A DNA stretch of 62,176 nucleotides, counting the filler, from Nemertoderma westbladi (lineage: Eukaryota > Animalia > Xenacoelomorpha), in NCBI GenBank assembly GCA_032718475.1. It is 3 parts of 3 records of this genome, joined end to end, with 100 filler letters (N's around TTAATTAATTAA, not from the genome) between each part and the next. Parts side by side here need not be neighbours in the genome. Positions count along the whole stretch, not along the records: positions 17,249 to 47,743 come from JAUCBJ010004697.1; 2 more parts are not named here. One strand, given 5' to 3'. Positions 35,601 through 46,204 of the stretch are shown here, in pieces (positions within the stretch are counted from its first letter, which is position 1; each line of letters starts with the position of its first letter). The position numbers were made by a program, and so were the translations under genes. The notes below the pieces were generated by a model. The model worked only from the letters and a program-made list of their open reading frames with translations. It had not been told where the DNA came from and searched no databases.

Positions 35601-38600
35601 AGAGGGGGGTGAAAGCCTACCTTATCTAATCCCTACATCCTACCCTACGCTTACGGCCTATGGCCAATGCATACAATTAATACGCTTCATACATATTGGA
35701 TTGGATACACACGGCTAAGTATATAGGAAAATATTTAATTCATTTAGATTTATGGATATCCTAATTAATTCTAGTTGATGATCAACAAATAGTGTTTTGA
35801 TTATTAATTTTAATATCATTTGTCTTCTTTTCAGCCATATTAGATAATTCATTTCAATTAATTTATATAAATTAATTAATTTTAACCAAGTTTAATTAAT
35901 AATTTAAAATTATGTTTTGATTTATATATATTTACTTTTTATATTTACATATACAAACTGGCAGTTATTAGTTTGTAAATCTGTGTGTGGTTCAATGATA
36001 AACTGGCAGTTATTATTGTAAATCTGTGGTTCTGTGATAAACTGGCAGTCATTAATGTAAATCTGTGGTTCTGTGATAAACTGGCAGTCATTATTGTAAA
36101 TCTGTGGTTCTGTGATAAACTGGCAGTCATTAATGTAAATCTGTGGTTCTGTGATAAACTGGCAGTCATTATTGTAAATCTATGGTTCTGTGATAAACTG
36201 GCAGTTATTATTGTAAATCTGTGCTTCTGTGATAAACTGGCAGTCATTATTGTAAATCTATGGTTCTGTGATAAACTGGCAGTTATTATTGTAAATCTGT
36301 GCTTCTGTGATAAACTGGCAGTCATTGTAAATCTGTGGTTCTGTGATAAACTGGCAGTCATTAATGTAAATCTGTGCTTCTGTGATAAACTGGCAGTCAT
36401 TGTAAATCTGTGGTTCTGTGATAAACTGGCAGTCATTAATGTAAATCTGTGGTTCTGTGATAAACTGGCAGTCATTATTGTAAATCTATGGTTCTGTGAT
36501 AAACTGGCAGTTATTATTGTAAATCTGTGGTTCTGTGATAAACTGGCAGTCATTATTGTAAATCTGTGGTTCTGTGATAAACTGGCAGTCATTAATGTAA
36601 ATCTGTGGTTCTGTGATAAACTGGCAGTCATTGTAAATCTGTGGTTCTGTGATAAACTAAGAACCGACAGTTTGAATATAAGACCACCATTTTTACATTT
36701 CATAAAAACCGCCGGTTTGAAAACTACGTACGTGTTTATTAACAAGAACCGATAGTTTGAATATAAGACCACCATTTTTACATTTCATAAAAACCGCCGG
36801 TTTGAAAACTACGTACGTGTTTATTAACAAGAACCGATAGTTTGAATATAAGACCACCATTTTTACATTTCATAAAAACCGCCGGTTTGAAAACTACGTA
36901 CGTGTTTATTTACACGAACCGACAGTTTGAATATAAGACCACCATTTTTACATTTCATAAAAACTGCCGGTTTGAAAACTACATACGTGTTTATTAACAA
37001 GAACCGACAGTTTGAATATAAGACCACCATTTTTACATTTCATAAAAACCGCCGGTTTGAAAACTACATACGTGTTTATTAACAAGAACCGATAGTTTGA
37101 ATATAAGACCACCATTTTTACATTTTATAAAAACCGCCGGTTTGAAAACTACGTACGTGTTTATTAACAAGAACCAACAGTTTGAAAATAAAACCGCCAT
37201 TTTTACATTTCATAAAAACCGCAGGTTTGAAAATTATATGTTTTCATCAATAAGAACCGCCAGTTTGAAAATTTAATAACCACCTTTTTAATACAACCGT
37301 CACTTTCTATGCAAAATTCCGCAATGACTACAGGTTTCGTTTCAGGTAATATAACAAATATATCTTAAACCGCCGGTTTAATATCGTAACCGGAGGTTAC
37401 TACCAGCCATTTTTGTATGATCCATACTAACCCCCGGTTTACCAATCACTACCGCAAGTACCTATCCATAACCAATGGTTAAAAAATCGACCGGCACTTA
37501 CTTTTTTCAGTGTACATTAGTTCATCGAACAAAGTTCATCTATGAATAAACTCATAATTACGTACTGATGCTTAGGAACTTCATGAGATGAAAATTCAGC
37601 GTTCTGATTGTAAAGCATAGTATCCACATCCAGGAACTAGGAACGACACGACTGACACAGCCGGACAGACCGGGGTATCAAACGTAGTTGGGGTGGTTAT
37701 AATCCTTTAAAGTAAAGTCAGTAGTCCTATAAAGTAAATACTTAACTGTCATTCTGTTCTGTAGGTTTATTATATCTCGTGAATAGTTGGTATTTATTAT
37801 TGTTGTGAGGAAGCCCATATATTTAGAATCAGATTACTTATAGGAATAGACCACTTATAGGAACAGATCACGTAGGAGTAAATTCATTGGTGTAACAGAT
37901 CACTTACTGCGTAAAGAATGTCTGTTTGTAAAGAATAAATTTGATATCCAACCAACATGTACTTTTTGTGATCTGCATGACATATCCCGGTTCTCCCCAC
38001 ACGCAGTAATACCGGTGACTAGTATTTGGGGATTTGGTGACCTTCCTCAGATCTTACATCGGCGTCCATCCCTGGCACCACAGCACTACTAGTAGTAGTA
38101 GTCCTGTGGTGCCAGGGTTGACGGCAACAAAACAGGTTTTGAAAAATTTAATTATTTTATTTTTGCTATTTCATTTTTCAGGAGTCTTAAACCGCGTGGT
38201 CCCGTACACCTACCATCTCGCAGCATTTCCGCGGCATTCCAATCCGGTCTGTCTCGAACTAAACCGGAGCGGCCCCCGCTACCGTCCGCCGCGTTGCTAA
38301 GGAAGCCGCCGGCGGACGACGCCGACGTAAAGCCCGACACCGGCGAGGATATTATGGAGAAATACGAGAAGAAAGTTCGCAACTCGATGGTTGCGGAAAC
38401 TCCGGATGTTGTACCTCGAGGTTCGGTTTCCGTCGCCGGTTCCTCCATAACGACCTACCCCCCGTCGTCGACGAGCGGAACCGGCGGGACCACATCCCCG
38501 CTTCTCGACCCCGACGGTAACCATGGAGAGTCGCTTAGCAACGCCGTGGACAAGGAGCGTTGCTATAGCGCCAACTCGGCGCGTTTAATCGGCGACGCGA

Positions 38601-41600
38601 AACGCAAACTTCGGCTGGTTCTCGCCGCGGCCGATTTTAGTTTTGTGCCTCGTCGTGTTCGCCGTACCGGGAGCGATTACTGCGATAGTTACCAGGGCAA
38701 CACGTTGTACAACCTGCAGGTGTTCCTTCAGTTGCAACTAGCCGAAGCTATTAATATGCAGGTTAGTGGATATTGCTATACTGTATGGCTAAGCAGCATT
38801 ATGGCAGCACTTTTTAGTGATTTATTTTTTAGGTTCGCGTAGCGAGACCTCTAGTATTCAATCCGTTGATGGGGTTGTTGTTGGGGTTGTTGTTAGGGTT
38901 GTTGTTGTTATTGGGGATGTTGTTGTTGTTGGGGTTGTTGTTGTTGTTGTTAGGGATGTTGTTGTTGTTGGGGTTGTTGTTGTTGTTGGGGATGTTTGTT
39001 GTTGGGGTTGTTGTTGTTGTTGTTAGGGTTGTTGTTGTTGTTGGGGATGTTGTTGTTGTTGGGGTTGTTGTTGTTGTTGTTAGGGTTGTTGTTGTTGTTG
39101 GGGATGTTGTTGTTGTTGGGGTTGTTGTTGTTGTTGTTGGGGTTGTTGTTGTTGTTGTTGTTGTTAGGGTTGTTGTTGTTGTTGGGGTTGGGGTTGTTGT
39201 TGTTGTTGTTAGGGTTGTTGTTGTTGTTGTTGGGATTGTTGTTGTTGGGGTTGTTGTTGGGGTTGTTGTTGTTGTTGTTAGGGTTGTTGTTGTTGTTGTT
39301 GTTGGGGTTGTTGTTGTTGTTGTTAGGGTTGTTGTTGTTATTGGGGATGTTGTTGGGGTTGTTGTTGTTGTTGTTAGGGATGTTGTTGTTGTTAATAATA
39401 ATAATAATATATATTTATTTATATAGCGCCAAATTTACATCATATACGTACTCTAAGGCGCTGACAACACATAGTACACAGTAATTAATAGTGTTATTAA
39501 TTATGTGTTGTTGGGGTTGTTGTTGTTGTTGGGGTTGTTGGGGATGTTGTTGTTGTTGGGGTTGTTGTTGTTGTTGTTAGGGTTGTTGTTGTTGTTGGGG
39601 ATGTTGTTGTTGTTGGGGTTGTTGTTGTTGTTGTTAGGGTTGTTGTTGTTGTTGGGGATGTTGTTGTTGTTGTTGTTGGGGTTGTTGTTGTTGTTGTTGT
39701 TGTTGTTAGGGTTGTTGTTGTTGTTGTTGTTGGGGTTGGGGTTGTTGTTAGGGTTGTTGTTGTTGTTGTTGGGGTTGTTGTTGTTGTTGTTGGGGTTGTT
39801 GTTGTTGTTGTTAGGGTTGTTGTTGTTGTTGTTGGGGTTGTTGTTGTTGTTGCTGGGGTTGTTGTTGTTGTTGTTGTGGTTGTTGTTTTGGTTGTTGGGG
39901 TTGTTGTTGTAGTTGGGGTTGTTGTTGTTGGGGTTGTTGTTGTTAGTGTTGTTGTTGTTGTTGTTGGGGTTGTTGTTGTTGGGGTTGTTGTTGTTGTTGT
40001 TAGGGTTGTTGTTGGTGTTAGGGTTGTTGTTGTTGCTGTTGGGGTTGTTGTTGTTGGGGTTGTTGTTGTTGTTGTTAGGGTTGTTGTTGTTGTTGTTGGG
40101 GTTGTTGTTGTTGTTGTTGTTGGGGTTGTTGTTGTTGGGGTTGTTGTTGTTGTTGGGGTTGTTGTTGTTGTAGTTGGGGTTGTTGTTGATGTTGTTGGGG
40201 TTGTTGTTGTTGTTGTTGGGGTTGTTGTTGTTGTTGGGGTTGTTGTTGTTGTTGTTGGGGTTGTTGTTTTTGTTAACTTCCAGTTAGCTTTTAGTTCTAT
40301 AAGGATTCATGCGGCGCAGTGGCGAAGTTGGTAGAGCGTTGGACTTGAAATCTCTAGGTATGGAGTTCGCAGCTATGTATTCAGACTTTATCCAATTTGG
40401 AACAAGTTGAGGATTTATTTTAAAACCAAGACCCGTTTAATTATTTTCTTCGTTTTTTAAACAGATTATACATATTTGTTTCACTAATAATTATTCCGTG
40501 AAGTATTTCCATTTGTCCCGCTGGGGGCGTATAAAATAGGATAATGGCGCAAATTGACCGCATACGAAATATTGTTTTGTTTATTGTTTTGAACCTCGTT
40601 TATTGTTTTGGTTAGAACACAACGCCAATGTAATCCGCTCTTTTGCATTAAGGTTTTCAACTTAAATAAAATAATTAAATACATATTAGGAGTTTGTGGT
40701 CATTTTGCGCCATTCAATTTACTTTATTTTATATTATTATTAATTAATTATTGGAGTTACGAATAATGTAAATGTAACTGTAAGTCGTTTACTTAATCAC
40801 TATAGGATAGATGCCGAATGGCGCAACTACACGAGACTTTACGTTGTGTCTCGGTACTCGACAGCGTATCATCTCGGGACCTTGTAGATTCTCTACGCAG
40901 GGATTACTCCAACAGAGTTCCCTACATCGCCTACTTAATACGTTGTAGACAGGGTCTGCTAATAACCCTGGACTACCTTAATAGACTGCGTGATAGAGTA
41001 GAAAGGTGAGTCACTAAACTATTAATGGGTCGTTCTCAGAAAAAGTGGCCAAACTTTTATGTCAAAATGTCCATGCATTCGCACGGTTATATTTCCAAAC
41101 GACACAGATTTAACCCCATGAACCTATATACCAATCGGAAGAGCGGAAATCTGCTCATATTTCAGCAAATTTTCAACAGATTCCATTCACAACCTAGAGA
41201 ATGACACCATTTCAAATATCGAAAATGCATGTTTTTTGAAATGTCACATTGAATTATTTTTAAATATTTGGCTTCTGAGCTAAAGCAATGAAAGCAAAGG
41301 TTCCACATACCATACATCAAAATAAAGCAAATTTAATGCTCTTTCACATACTATTGGTGGTTTTCAACCGAAGCTACTCACATTTTATATATTTACTATT
41401 TACTAACAATTAATTACGCCGTCACTAGGATTTTGTCCACCATGTAACGCTCGTTTTTATGACATGGTTTTTTTATATTTATTCACAACATCTCCAAGTG
41501 AGATATTTCTAAACGGCGATTTCTTTAGCTATCAGCAGGTAAAAAAATTATAAGAATTCGTTCATTAGAACTCGAGCGTTGTGCGAAAACGTAAATCTAC

Positions 41601-44348
41601 ATAAAATACCGTCATTAGGAATGTCCTCAATGTAACGCTACTTTGAATAGCGATAACTTTTGCTTTACTAATCATATCGACACCATTGATGGCTCATATG
41701 AAAGAGCAATCGCAGATCTATCGAATCACATATTTGATTTTAATATAGTTTTAAAACAGACTATAGTCAACGCCATGCTAATGAAAAATGTCTTCAATGT
41801 CCATCATGTAACGCATGTAACGCTGTCACAATCAATAGCGTTACACTTGAGACATGTCCATCATGTAACGTAGTTGGGCCTGAACATACCTAGCAGTACG
41901 AGTGGCGTTTCTTTTTACAAATTAGCAGTCAGGGTCAAATTAACAATAGTCGATGGTTTCTGGTTTTCAGTATTTAGTATAAACTACTGTAATAGTCTCA
42001 TGAGTTTGTTTACCTTTCTTTATTTCGGTTCTAAAACAGTACTTCTTAATCGTCATGCAATTACAATTGTCAAACGGAATTAAGCGTGTTGTGTCCGGTA
42101 AGAACTTCTCGATTGAATTTATAGTGATGGTGTTACACTTGAAGGACATAGAGATCAAGTTAGTGATGGGATGGCGTTACACGTGAAGGACTTAGAGATT
42201 AAGTTAGTGATGGCATTACACGTGAAGGACTTAGAGATTAAGTTAGTGATGGCATTACACGTGAAGGACTTAGAGATTAAGTTAGTGATGGCGTTACACG
42301 TGAAGGACTTAGTTACACGTGAAGGACTTAGAGATTAAGTTAGTGATGGCGTTACACGTGAAGGACTTTAAGTTAGTGATGGCGTTACACGTGAAGGACT
42401 TAGTTACACGTGAAGGACTTAAAAGATTAAGTTAGTGATGGCGTTACACGTGAAGCACTTAGTTACACGTGAAGGACTTAGAGATTACGTTAGTGATGGC
42501 GTTACACGTGAAGGACTTAGTTACACGTGAAGGACTTAGAGATTACGTAGTTTAAGGATTCCGTTAACTATTTTGTACAATTAGTGTTACAATAGTATGT
42601 ATATTCATATTGTATGGATACAATAATACAAACTAAATAATTTGCTGATTTGAAAAATATTATTTTCAGCCATTGGGTCGACAAATAAATCCGTAAAAAA
42701 CCCGTATAAATATAAAATAAATCCGTACATGACATTAAAGTGACTGTTGAATTTCTGGTATATATTTTAAATGTCAAATCCTGGATAATGATTGGCTAAC
42801 AAGTAGCGTTACATTCGAGACAACAAGTTAGATAGTGGCCCTTCTGTGAAATGAAGGCTGCTGATTGGCTAACAAGTAGCGTTACACCAGGGACAAAATG
42901 TTACATTGTGGACATTAGTTTTTCGCTAATAAAACCTTACGACTTTACTAAAAAACGGCCCACTAGTGTATTAGAAATCGCCTCATCGAGAGCTCTCGAA
43001 ATATGTATATATTTATATGGTTTTGACAAAAAAAAATTTGACAATTTTTTCTCAAAATTTTGGCCACTTTTTGTGAGAACAACCCATATAGACTTTATAT
43101 ACCACATATCTTTATAACAAAACTTCAATTAAAACAATTATCTTCTTATTATTAATGACAAAAATAACTGTTTAAAGAGTTCGATTTGGGTAAGTCGCTA
43201 GATCATAAGAAATATTTATATCAACATGAAATTTTAGGACTGAAAGTTACCTAATATTAATTGCCCAATTTCTATTCTATTCAGTGATATAATACAGTAG
43301 ATTGTAATAGTGGACAATGACTGGTTCCAGAGATTAATTGTTATAATGAATATTTATAGCAGTAAATAATATTATGATTATATTATTGTATCTTATTGTT
43401 ATCCCAGGGATATGCAAGTTTGCACTCAATACTTGTTGTCGATCCACATTCATCGCTTTTTGGATCAGTATTCCGAGGAAATTCGAGAATTCGGACGCCA
43501 ATTCACGGCATTAGATGGCGCTGTGGACGACAAGTCTAGTTTCTTAGAGAAGTTCCTTTGTCGGCTGTATGGCCAGTTGGCTAACGACAGTAGATGGACG
43601 GTACTGCCAGACAATGCTGTGAACGATGGCTACTGTATATTAGAGAGAATTATTCTTAGTACAACATACAGGTAAGAAGTTGTAAACTATGTAAACTATG
43701 TTTTTTTTCACTTTCGGTTACTGCTGTACATACCTTCCTGTACGGTTTTTTACTCTCTGGTTTTGCTGTACATACCTACCTCTACAGTTTTTTACTTGAC
43801 TTGCTTAATTAAATTCAAATGTAATTATTTATATAAAATTTTAGTTAAAAATTGAAATAACTAATTATAAACTATTTTGTTTTATTAGAACGACTTTCTA
43901 CCCCAACGGAGATGTGGATATCTCCCGCGACGCGGTCCTTTCGGAACACATCGAGAGACTCCGTGACGTCATCGACGCGGACCACCCCGCGATCCAATTG
44001 CCGCAGTGCTACCGCAACGAGATGCCCTGGCCAAGCGCCCAAACCGAGTTGCGAGCCATGAGCGCGTTCCGCACCCCGCGGGACAAGGTGGCCTGTGTGC
44101 TCCGATGTTGTGTATCGATAATGAACCTATTGAGTCTGGCCGTGGAGGATGGGGGCGCGCCCGGGGCGGACGACCTCGCCCCGGTACTCATCTACGTGAT
44201 TATCCGAGCCAACCCCCCCGGTCTGCTATCTACCCTCCAGTACGTAGACAACCTGTACGACGATAAATTATCGGGTGAGGAGGCCTATTGGTGGAGGCAG
44301 TTTTATTCCGCAGTTTTATTCATTAAAACTATCGATTATAAATCATAG
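17390..44348 (+). CDS. GAPVD1: GTPase-activating protein and VPS9 domain-containing protein 1 (RME-6/Gapex-5); 9 coding exons, 4929 nt, ~1642 aa
   Basis: join(17390-17647,20127-20879,25382-25843,28492-29421,30778-31799,38182-38761,40806-41005,43408-43671,43889-44348). All introns are GT-AG with matching phases 0,0,0,0,2,0,2,2. N-terminal RasGAP-like domain, TWSTDVLGSD motif, C-terminal VPS9 domain. Confidence 0.93.
17688..19343. mobile_element. Non-autonomous Tc1/pogo-like TIR element in GAPVD1 intron 1, TA TSD
   Basis: TA|GGGGAAAGTGGGGGAATTAGAAACA ... TGTTTCTAATTCCCCCACCTTCCCC|TA; internal 17-bp-arm palindrome at 17888-17924 and ~67-bp repeats at 18520-18745. Confidence 0.85.
20127..20879 (+). 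CDS. GAPVD1: GAPVD1 coding exon 2 (RasGAP-like domain)
   Basis: TACAG| VLGCNDAVYGNLLTDLRLNPKL...SLYGSCLLSDDE...LETD...ICPAIINPEPYG...RFNLVQ |GTGAG. Confidence 0.95.
21050..22155. repeat. ~15-bp minisatellite (AAAAATATCGAGAGT)n, left arm of a foldback-like element
   Basis: Dozens of tandem units; inverted copies at 22315-22340, 22483-22585 and 24693-24982. Confidence 0.95.
22166..22285. mobile_element. Small Harbinger-like MITE, duplicated with its right flank at 24539-24720
   Basis: AAGGTGCGTTCACATAACG ... CGTTATGTAAAGGCACCTT inverted ends; both copies are followed by TATATAAATGATC and inverted 15-mers. Confidence 0.7.
23171..23340. repeat. ~48-bp tandem repeat x3.5
   Basis: TAGGCCAACTAACCTGTACTTATCTACTAACTTAT repeated. 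Confidence 0.85.
23580..24470. mobile_element. Helentron/DINE-like non-autonomous repeat with (GACA)n; paralog at 46205-46560
   Basis: Shared CTCTTTTAGTTCTCGAGTT, ACAGACAG, TTAAAACTGACATCGGAAATGAAATCAG and CGACCCCGAAAACCCCCATAA. Confidence 0.6.
23989..24265. mobile_element. MITE with TAC...GTA termini and 3-bp TSD (CAG), internal palindromic repeats; Academ-like
   Basis: TIR GAGCCCTAAGAGGACATG / CATGTCCTCTTAGGGGCTC; the empty site GAAATCAGCGACCCC is present in the paralog at ~46367-46381. Confidence 0.75.
25382..25843 (+). CDS. GAPVD1: GAPVD1 coding exon 3
   Basis: TTCCAG|VAQTLQSL...RSTVFITLPQLKTLINFLRSV...LLPESK|GTGAGT, in phase. Confidence 0.9.
28492..29421 (+). CDS. GAPVD1: GAPVD1 coding exon 4 (disordered linker with 21-bp repeats)
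   Basis: TTTCAG|VLDK...DLLGKFEVK...SDTWSTDVLGSDSE...SETWSVDVVASE...MLE|GTAGGT. Confidence 0.9.
28648..28809 (+). repeat. In-frame 21-bp coding repeat (xFPDTGx)x8
   Basis: TTCCCGGAC recurs every 21 bp. Confidence 0.9.
30778..31799 (+). CDS. GAPVD1: GAPVD1 coding exon 5 (disordered, 45-bp repeats)
   Basis: TTTAG|VEAEE...KI AG|GTAAGC; GC-rich open frame whose phases match exons 4 and 6. Confidence 0.82.
31486..31690 (+). repeat. In-frame 45-bp coding repeat (ITDQLIQSSTDHPKP)x4.5
   Basis: CGATTACAGACCAACTGATCCAGAGTT recurs every 45 bp. Confidence 0.92.
32867..32919 (+). promoter_or_regulatory. tRNA-derived internal Pol III promoter (A and B boxes), Gly(TCC)-like anticodon loop
   Basis: A box TGGCCTAGTGG at 32867-32877, B box GGTTCGAATCC at 32909-32919, with CTCGG-CTTCCAC-CTCGAG between them. 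Confidence 0.75.
32923..32965 (+). ncRNA. Minimal type I hammerhead ribozyme
   Basis: ACCACG-CTGATGA-GACC-cagtaa-GGTC-GAAA-CGCG-TA-CGTGGT: 6-bp stem I, intact CUGAUGA and GAAA core, 4-bp stem II, palindromic ACGCGT minimal stem III, predicted cleavage after GUA (32959). Confidence 0.9.
33780..34900 (+). mobile_element. Bel/Pao LTR retrotransposon pol remnant (RT start, RNase H region), deleted and frameshifted
   Basis: SLNSQLNTGPNIYGTLVGVLLRFREKKVTFTCDIKAMF; EMWINGLGWNHELP..W..W...L; SSIVLYYL...TFVANRA; QWHHVAGKQNPVDIAS. Confidence 0.88.
35955..36658. repeat. 42/39-bp minisatellite (~17 copies)
   Basis: AAACTGGCAGTCATTATTGTAAATCTGTGGTTCTGTGAT units. Confidence 0.95.
36659..37270. repeat. 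85-bp minisatellite (~7 copies)
   Basis: AAGAACCGACAGTTTGAATATAAGACCACC...GTGTTTATTAAC units. Confidence 0.93.
38182..38761 (+). CDS. GAPVD1: GAPVD1 coding exon 6
   Basis: TTTTCAG|...EDIMEKY...DAKRKLRLVL..ADF...FLQLQLAEAINMQ|GTTAGT, conserved GAPVD1 motifs. Confidence 0.92.
38864..40272. repeat. Compound (GTT)n microsatellite punctuated by GGGG and AGGG
   Basis: ~1.3 kb of GTT with TTGGGG and TTAGGG interruptions. Confidence 0.97.
39394..39475 (-). mobile_element. L2-type LINE/SINE 3' end inserted in the microsatellite
   Basis: Minus strand AGCGCCTTAGAG...TTGGCGCTATATAAATAAAT...(ATT)n, the typical L2 3' stem-loop and tail. Confidence 0.6.
40311..40372 (+). mobile_element. tRNA-derived SINE head remnant
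   Basis: GCAGTGGCGAAGTTGGTAGAGCG (A box)...GAGTTCG (degenerate B box). Confidence 0.45.
40806..41005 (+). CDS. GAPVD1: GAPVD1 coding exon 7
   Basis: TATAG|DRCRMAQLHETLRCV...DYSNRVPYIAYLIRCRQGL...VE AG|GTGAGT. Confidence 0.95.
41027..43085. mobile_element. Non-autonomous ISL2EU/Harbinger-like TIR element, AT TSD, internal 39-bp minisatellite
   Basis: AT|GGGTCGTTCTCAGAAAAAGTGGCCAAA ... TTTGGCCACTTTTTGTGAGAACAACCC|AT; internal TGTAACGC/GCGTTACA motifs in opposite orientations. Confidence 0.8.
42123..42548. repeat. 39-bp (and 19-bp partial) minisatellite containing CACGTG
   Basis: GGCGTTACACGTGAAGGACTTAGAGATTAAGTTAGTGAT units. Confidence 0.92.
43408..43671 (+). CDS. GAPVD1: GAPVD1 coding exon 8
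   Basis: CCCAG|G DMQVCTQYL...AVDDKSSFLEKFL...LERIIL..TY AG|GTAAGA. Confidence 0.92.
43889..44348 (+). CDS. GAPVD1: GAPVD1 coding exon 9 (VPS9 Rab5-GEF domain, stop codon)
   Basis: TTAG|A TTFYPNGDVDISRD...EMPWPSAQ...TPRDKV...PGADDLAPVLIYVIIRANPP.LLST.QYV...GEEAYWW.QF..AV.FIKTID. Confidence 0.97.
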
Positions 44349-45654
44349 TAAATTCAATTTAGTTACAATATTGACAATTATTTAGTTTGAGTTTCCAGAT
44401 CTACTCTTGTAGATTTAGATTTTATTTATTTATACAAGGTAGGTAGCATGCTGCCATAGAGTATGCGGCACTTGTACGCATGCATATTGATAAATAATTG
44501 CATTGTTTTTGCTATTATTATACATTTGGACTGGATTACAAATTGAGCAGATTAGTAAAGGAATAGGTTAAAGAGACAGGTTAGGGGGGGGGGGGGGGGG
44601 CAATAAACGAATGAGAAGAATGTTGAAGAAAAAACAATTGAATGGGGAGATTTTAAACTGAAAAGGAGTAACATTGACATGAAGAGAGAAAACAAGGCAT
44701 AAAGGTGGAAAATTATACACAGATACACAGATACACAAATTATACAAAATATACATTTAGGGTAAATAATTTTGTTGTTTTGGTTTGAAACACTATTACT
44801 AATACTGTCGCTGTAATCTGTTCCTTTCCCCTAATAGATAGCGCTTGGTACATTAAATACAGGAGTTTGTATCCTTGTGGTGGTCCAGTTGTCCGAATTA
44901 TTTGTCTGTTAAGTATCGTTATGTGGAGAATATTTATAATATTGCTGGGATTGATATAGTATTTGGATCTAGTTGTATAAAGAGTTTTAATTACTTAAGA
45001 TTCCAGTGTGACGTGATTTTGTGAATCCACTGGGGTTTGGTTCAGGTGCAAAGCCTTGAAGGGCGAATTATTTATCATAATGAGGCTGGTTCCTCTTAAG
45101 TAATTTTCGGATTTTATTAATATATTAGTTTTTTTGTAATTTTTTGTTCTGAAAGGGGCATCGATTAATCTATTAAACTCTACAATTAATTTGTTTAGTC
45201 ATAAATTGTTTAGGCAAATGGCAAATACCTGAGTAAATTTCAATAGGCCAGTTTTGATAGCTCATTCAATTGTAGTGATTAGTTGTAGTGTAGTGGTGTA
45301 ATGATTTTTAATTTCGTGTAGTGTTAGCTGATTTAATTGCTGTGATTGGTCAGTTTTTATCGCGGGTTAGCTTATTAAATTGTTGTGATTGGCCAGTTTT
45401 AATCGAGGGTTTGTTTTTTATTGGTCAGTCTTTTATTTATCCGTCTATTCAGCCGTTATTTAGCTTAAGTGGGTTCCTTTTGTTTGCAATATTGTGCTGC
45501 TTTAGGCTTTGTTTAATTTTGAAAATTTCTCTGTTGTTGTGTAAAATAAATAATAATTGAATCTATTTTTGAAAATTTTAGTATTAATATTGATATTAGA
45601 GTAATGAATGGAGGATTTTGTATTATTGCAATATAAACTATCACTTTAGACTAA

Positions 45655-46017
45655 GGGGCTGTCCAAGTATGACGTCAGCACTTTAGGGGGGGGGGGGGGT
45701 TGGGAAAATCTGATGACGTGCTGATGAGGGGAGGGGAGGGGTCAGCCAAAATCTGACGTCAGCATGTTCATTTATAGGTGCTAGAAGAGATATAGCAGAA
45801 GAGTAAATAGCTTGCCTATTTTAATTGTTCGAAGCCCCCGGACCTTCTGTTTCAGTTACCAGTCACAATGTTTCAGTGATTAGGACGCGAAAATTTTTTT
45901 AATCTGATTTAGGGGAGGGGGGGGGGGGGGTCAACGCCTATCTGATGACATCTGATTTAGGGGAGGGAGGGGGTCAACATTTTGGGGAAAAGTGCAGACG
46001 TCATACTTGGACGGCCC
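45655..46017. mobile_element. Harbinger-like MITE
   Basis: GGGGCTGTCCAAGTATGACGTC...GCACTTT is inverted relative to AAAGTGC..GACGTCATACTTGGACGGCCC. Confidence 0.75.
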
Positions 46018-46204
46018 AAAAGTGACAATAATTGCTGGAATTTGGGCAGCTGCTGGTGCTTATGTAGTTTGGCCGTTTTTGGAAAAATAATAATTTATGT
46101 TCCAGAATGAGGTTTTGTATTTAAGGCCGGAGTACCCCCCTCTCCCCTGGCCGAAATTTAAAATGTCTGTTTTTTTATTTTCTCTATAGCAGAATTTAAT
46201 GAGG

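Larger units (their letters stand above)
34936..37512. mobile_element. Non-autonomous CACTA/EnSpm (CMC)-like TIR element, TA TSD, with two internal minisatellites
   Basis: TA|CACTGAAAAAAGTAAGTG ... CACTTACTTTTTTCAGTG|TA perfect 18-bp TIR; many AAACCGCCGG-like subterminal motifs. Confidence 0.85.

Noticed and set aside
35945-36775. 276-aa and 256-aa repeat ORFs on both strands
   Set aside because: Artefact of stop-free 42/39-bp units inside a TIR element.
38817-40334. Poly-Leu/Val membrane-like ORFs; interstitial telomere
   Set aside because: (GTT)n translation; the TTAGGG hexamers are isolated and never tandem.
45705-45950. CTGATGA motifs
   Set aside because: No stem II-GAAA follows; they are MITE subterminal repeats.
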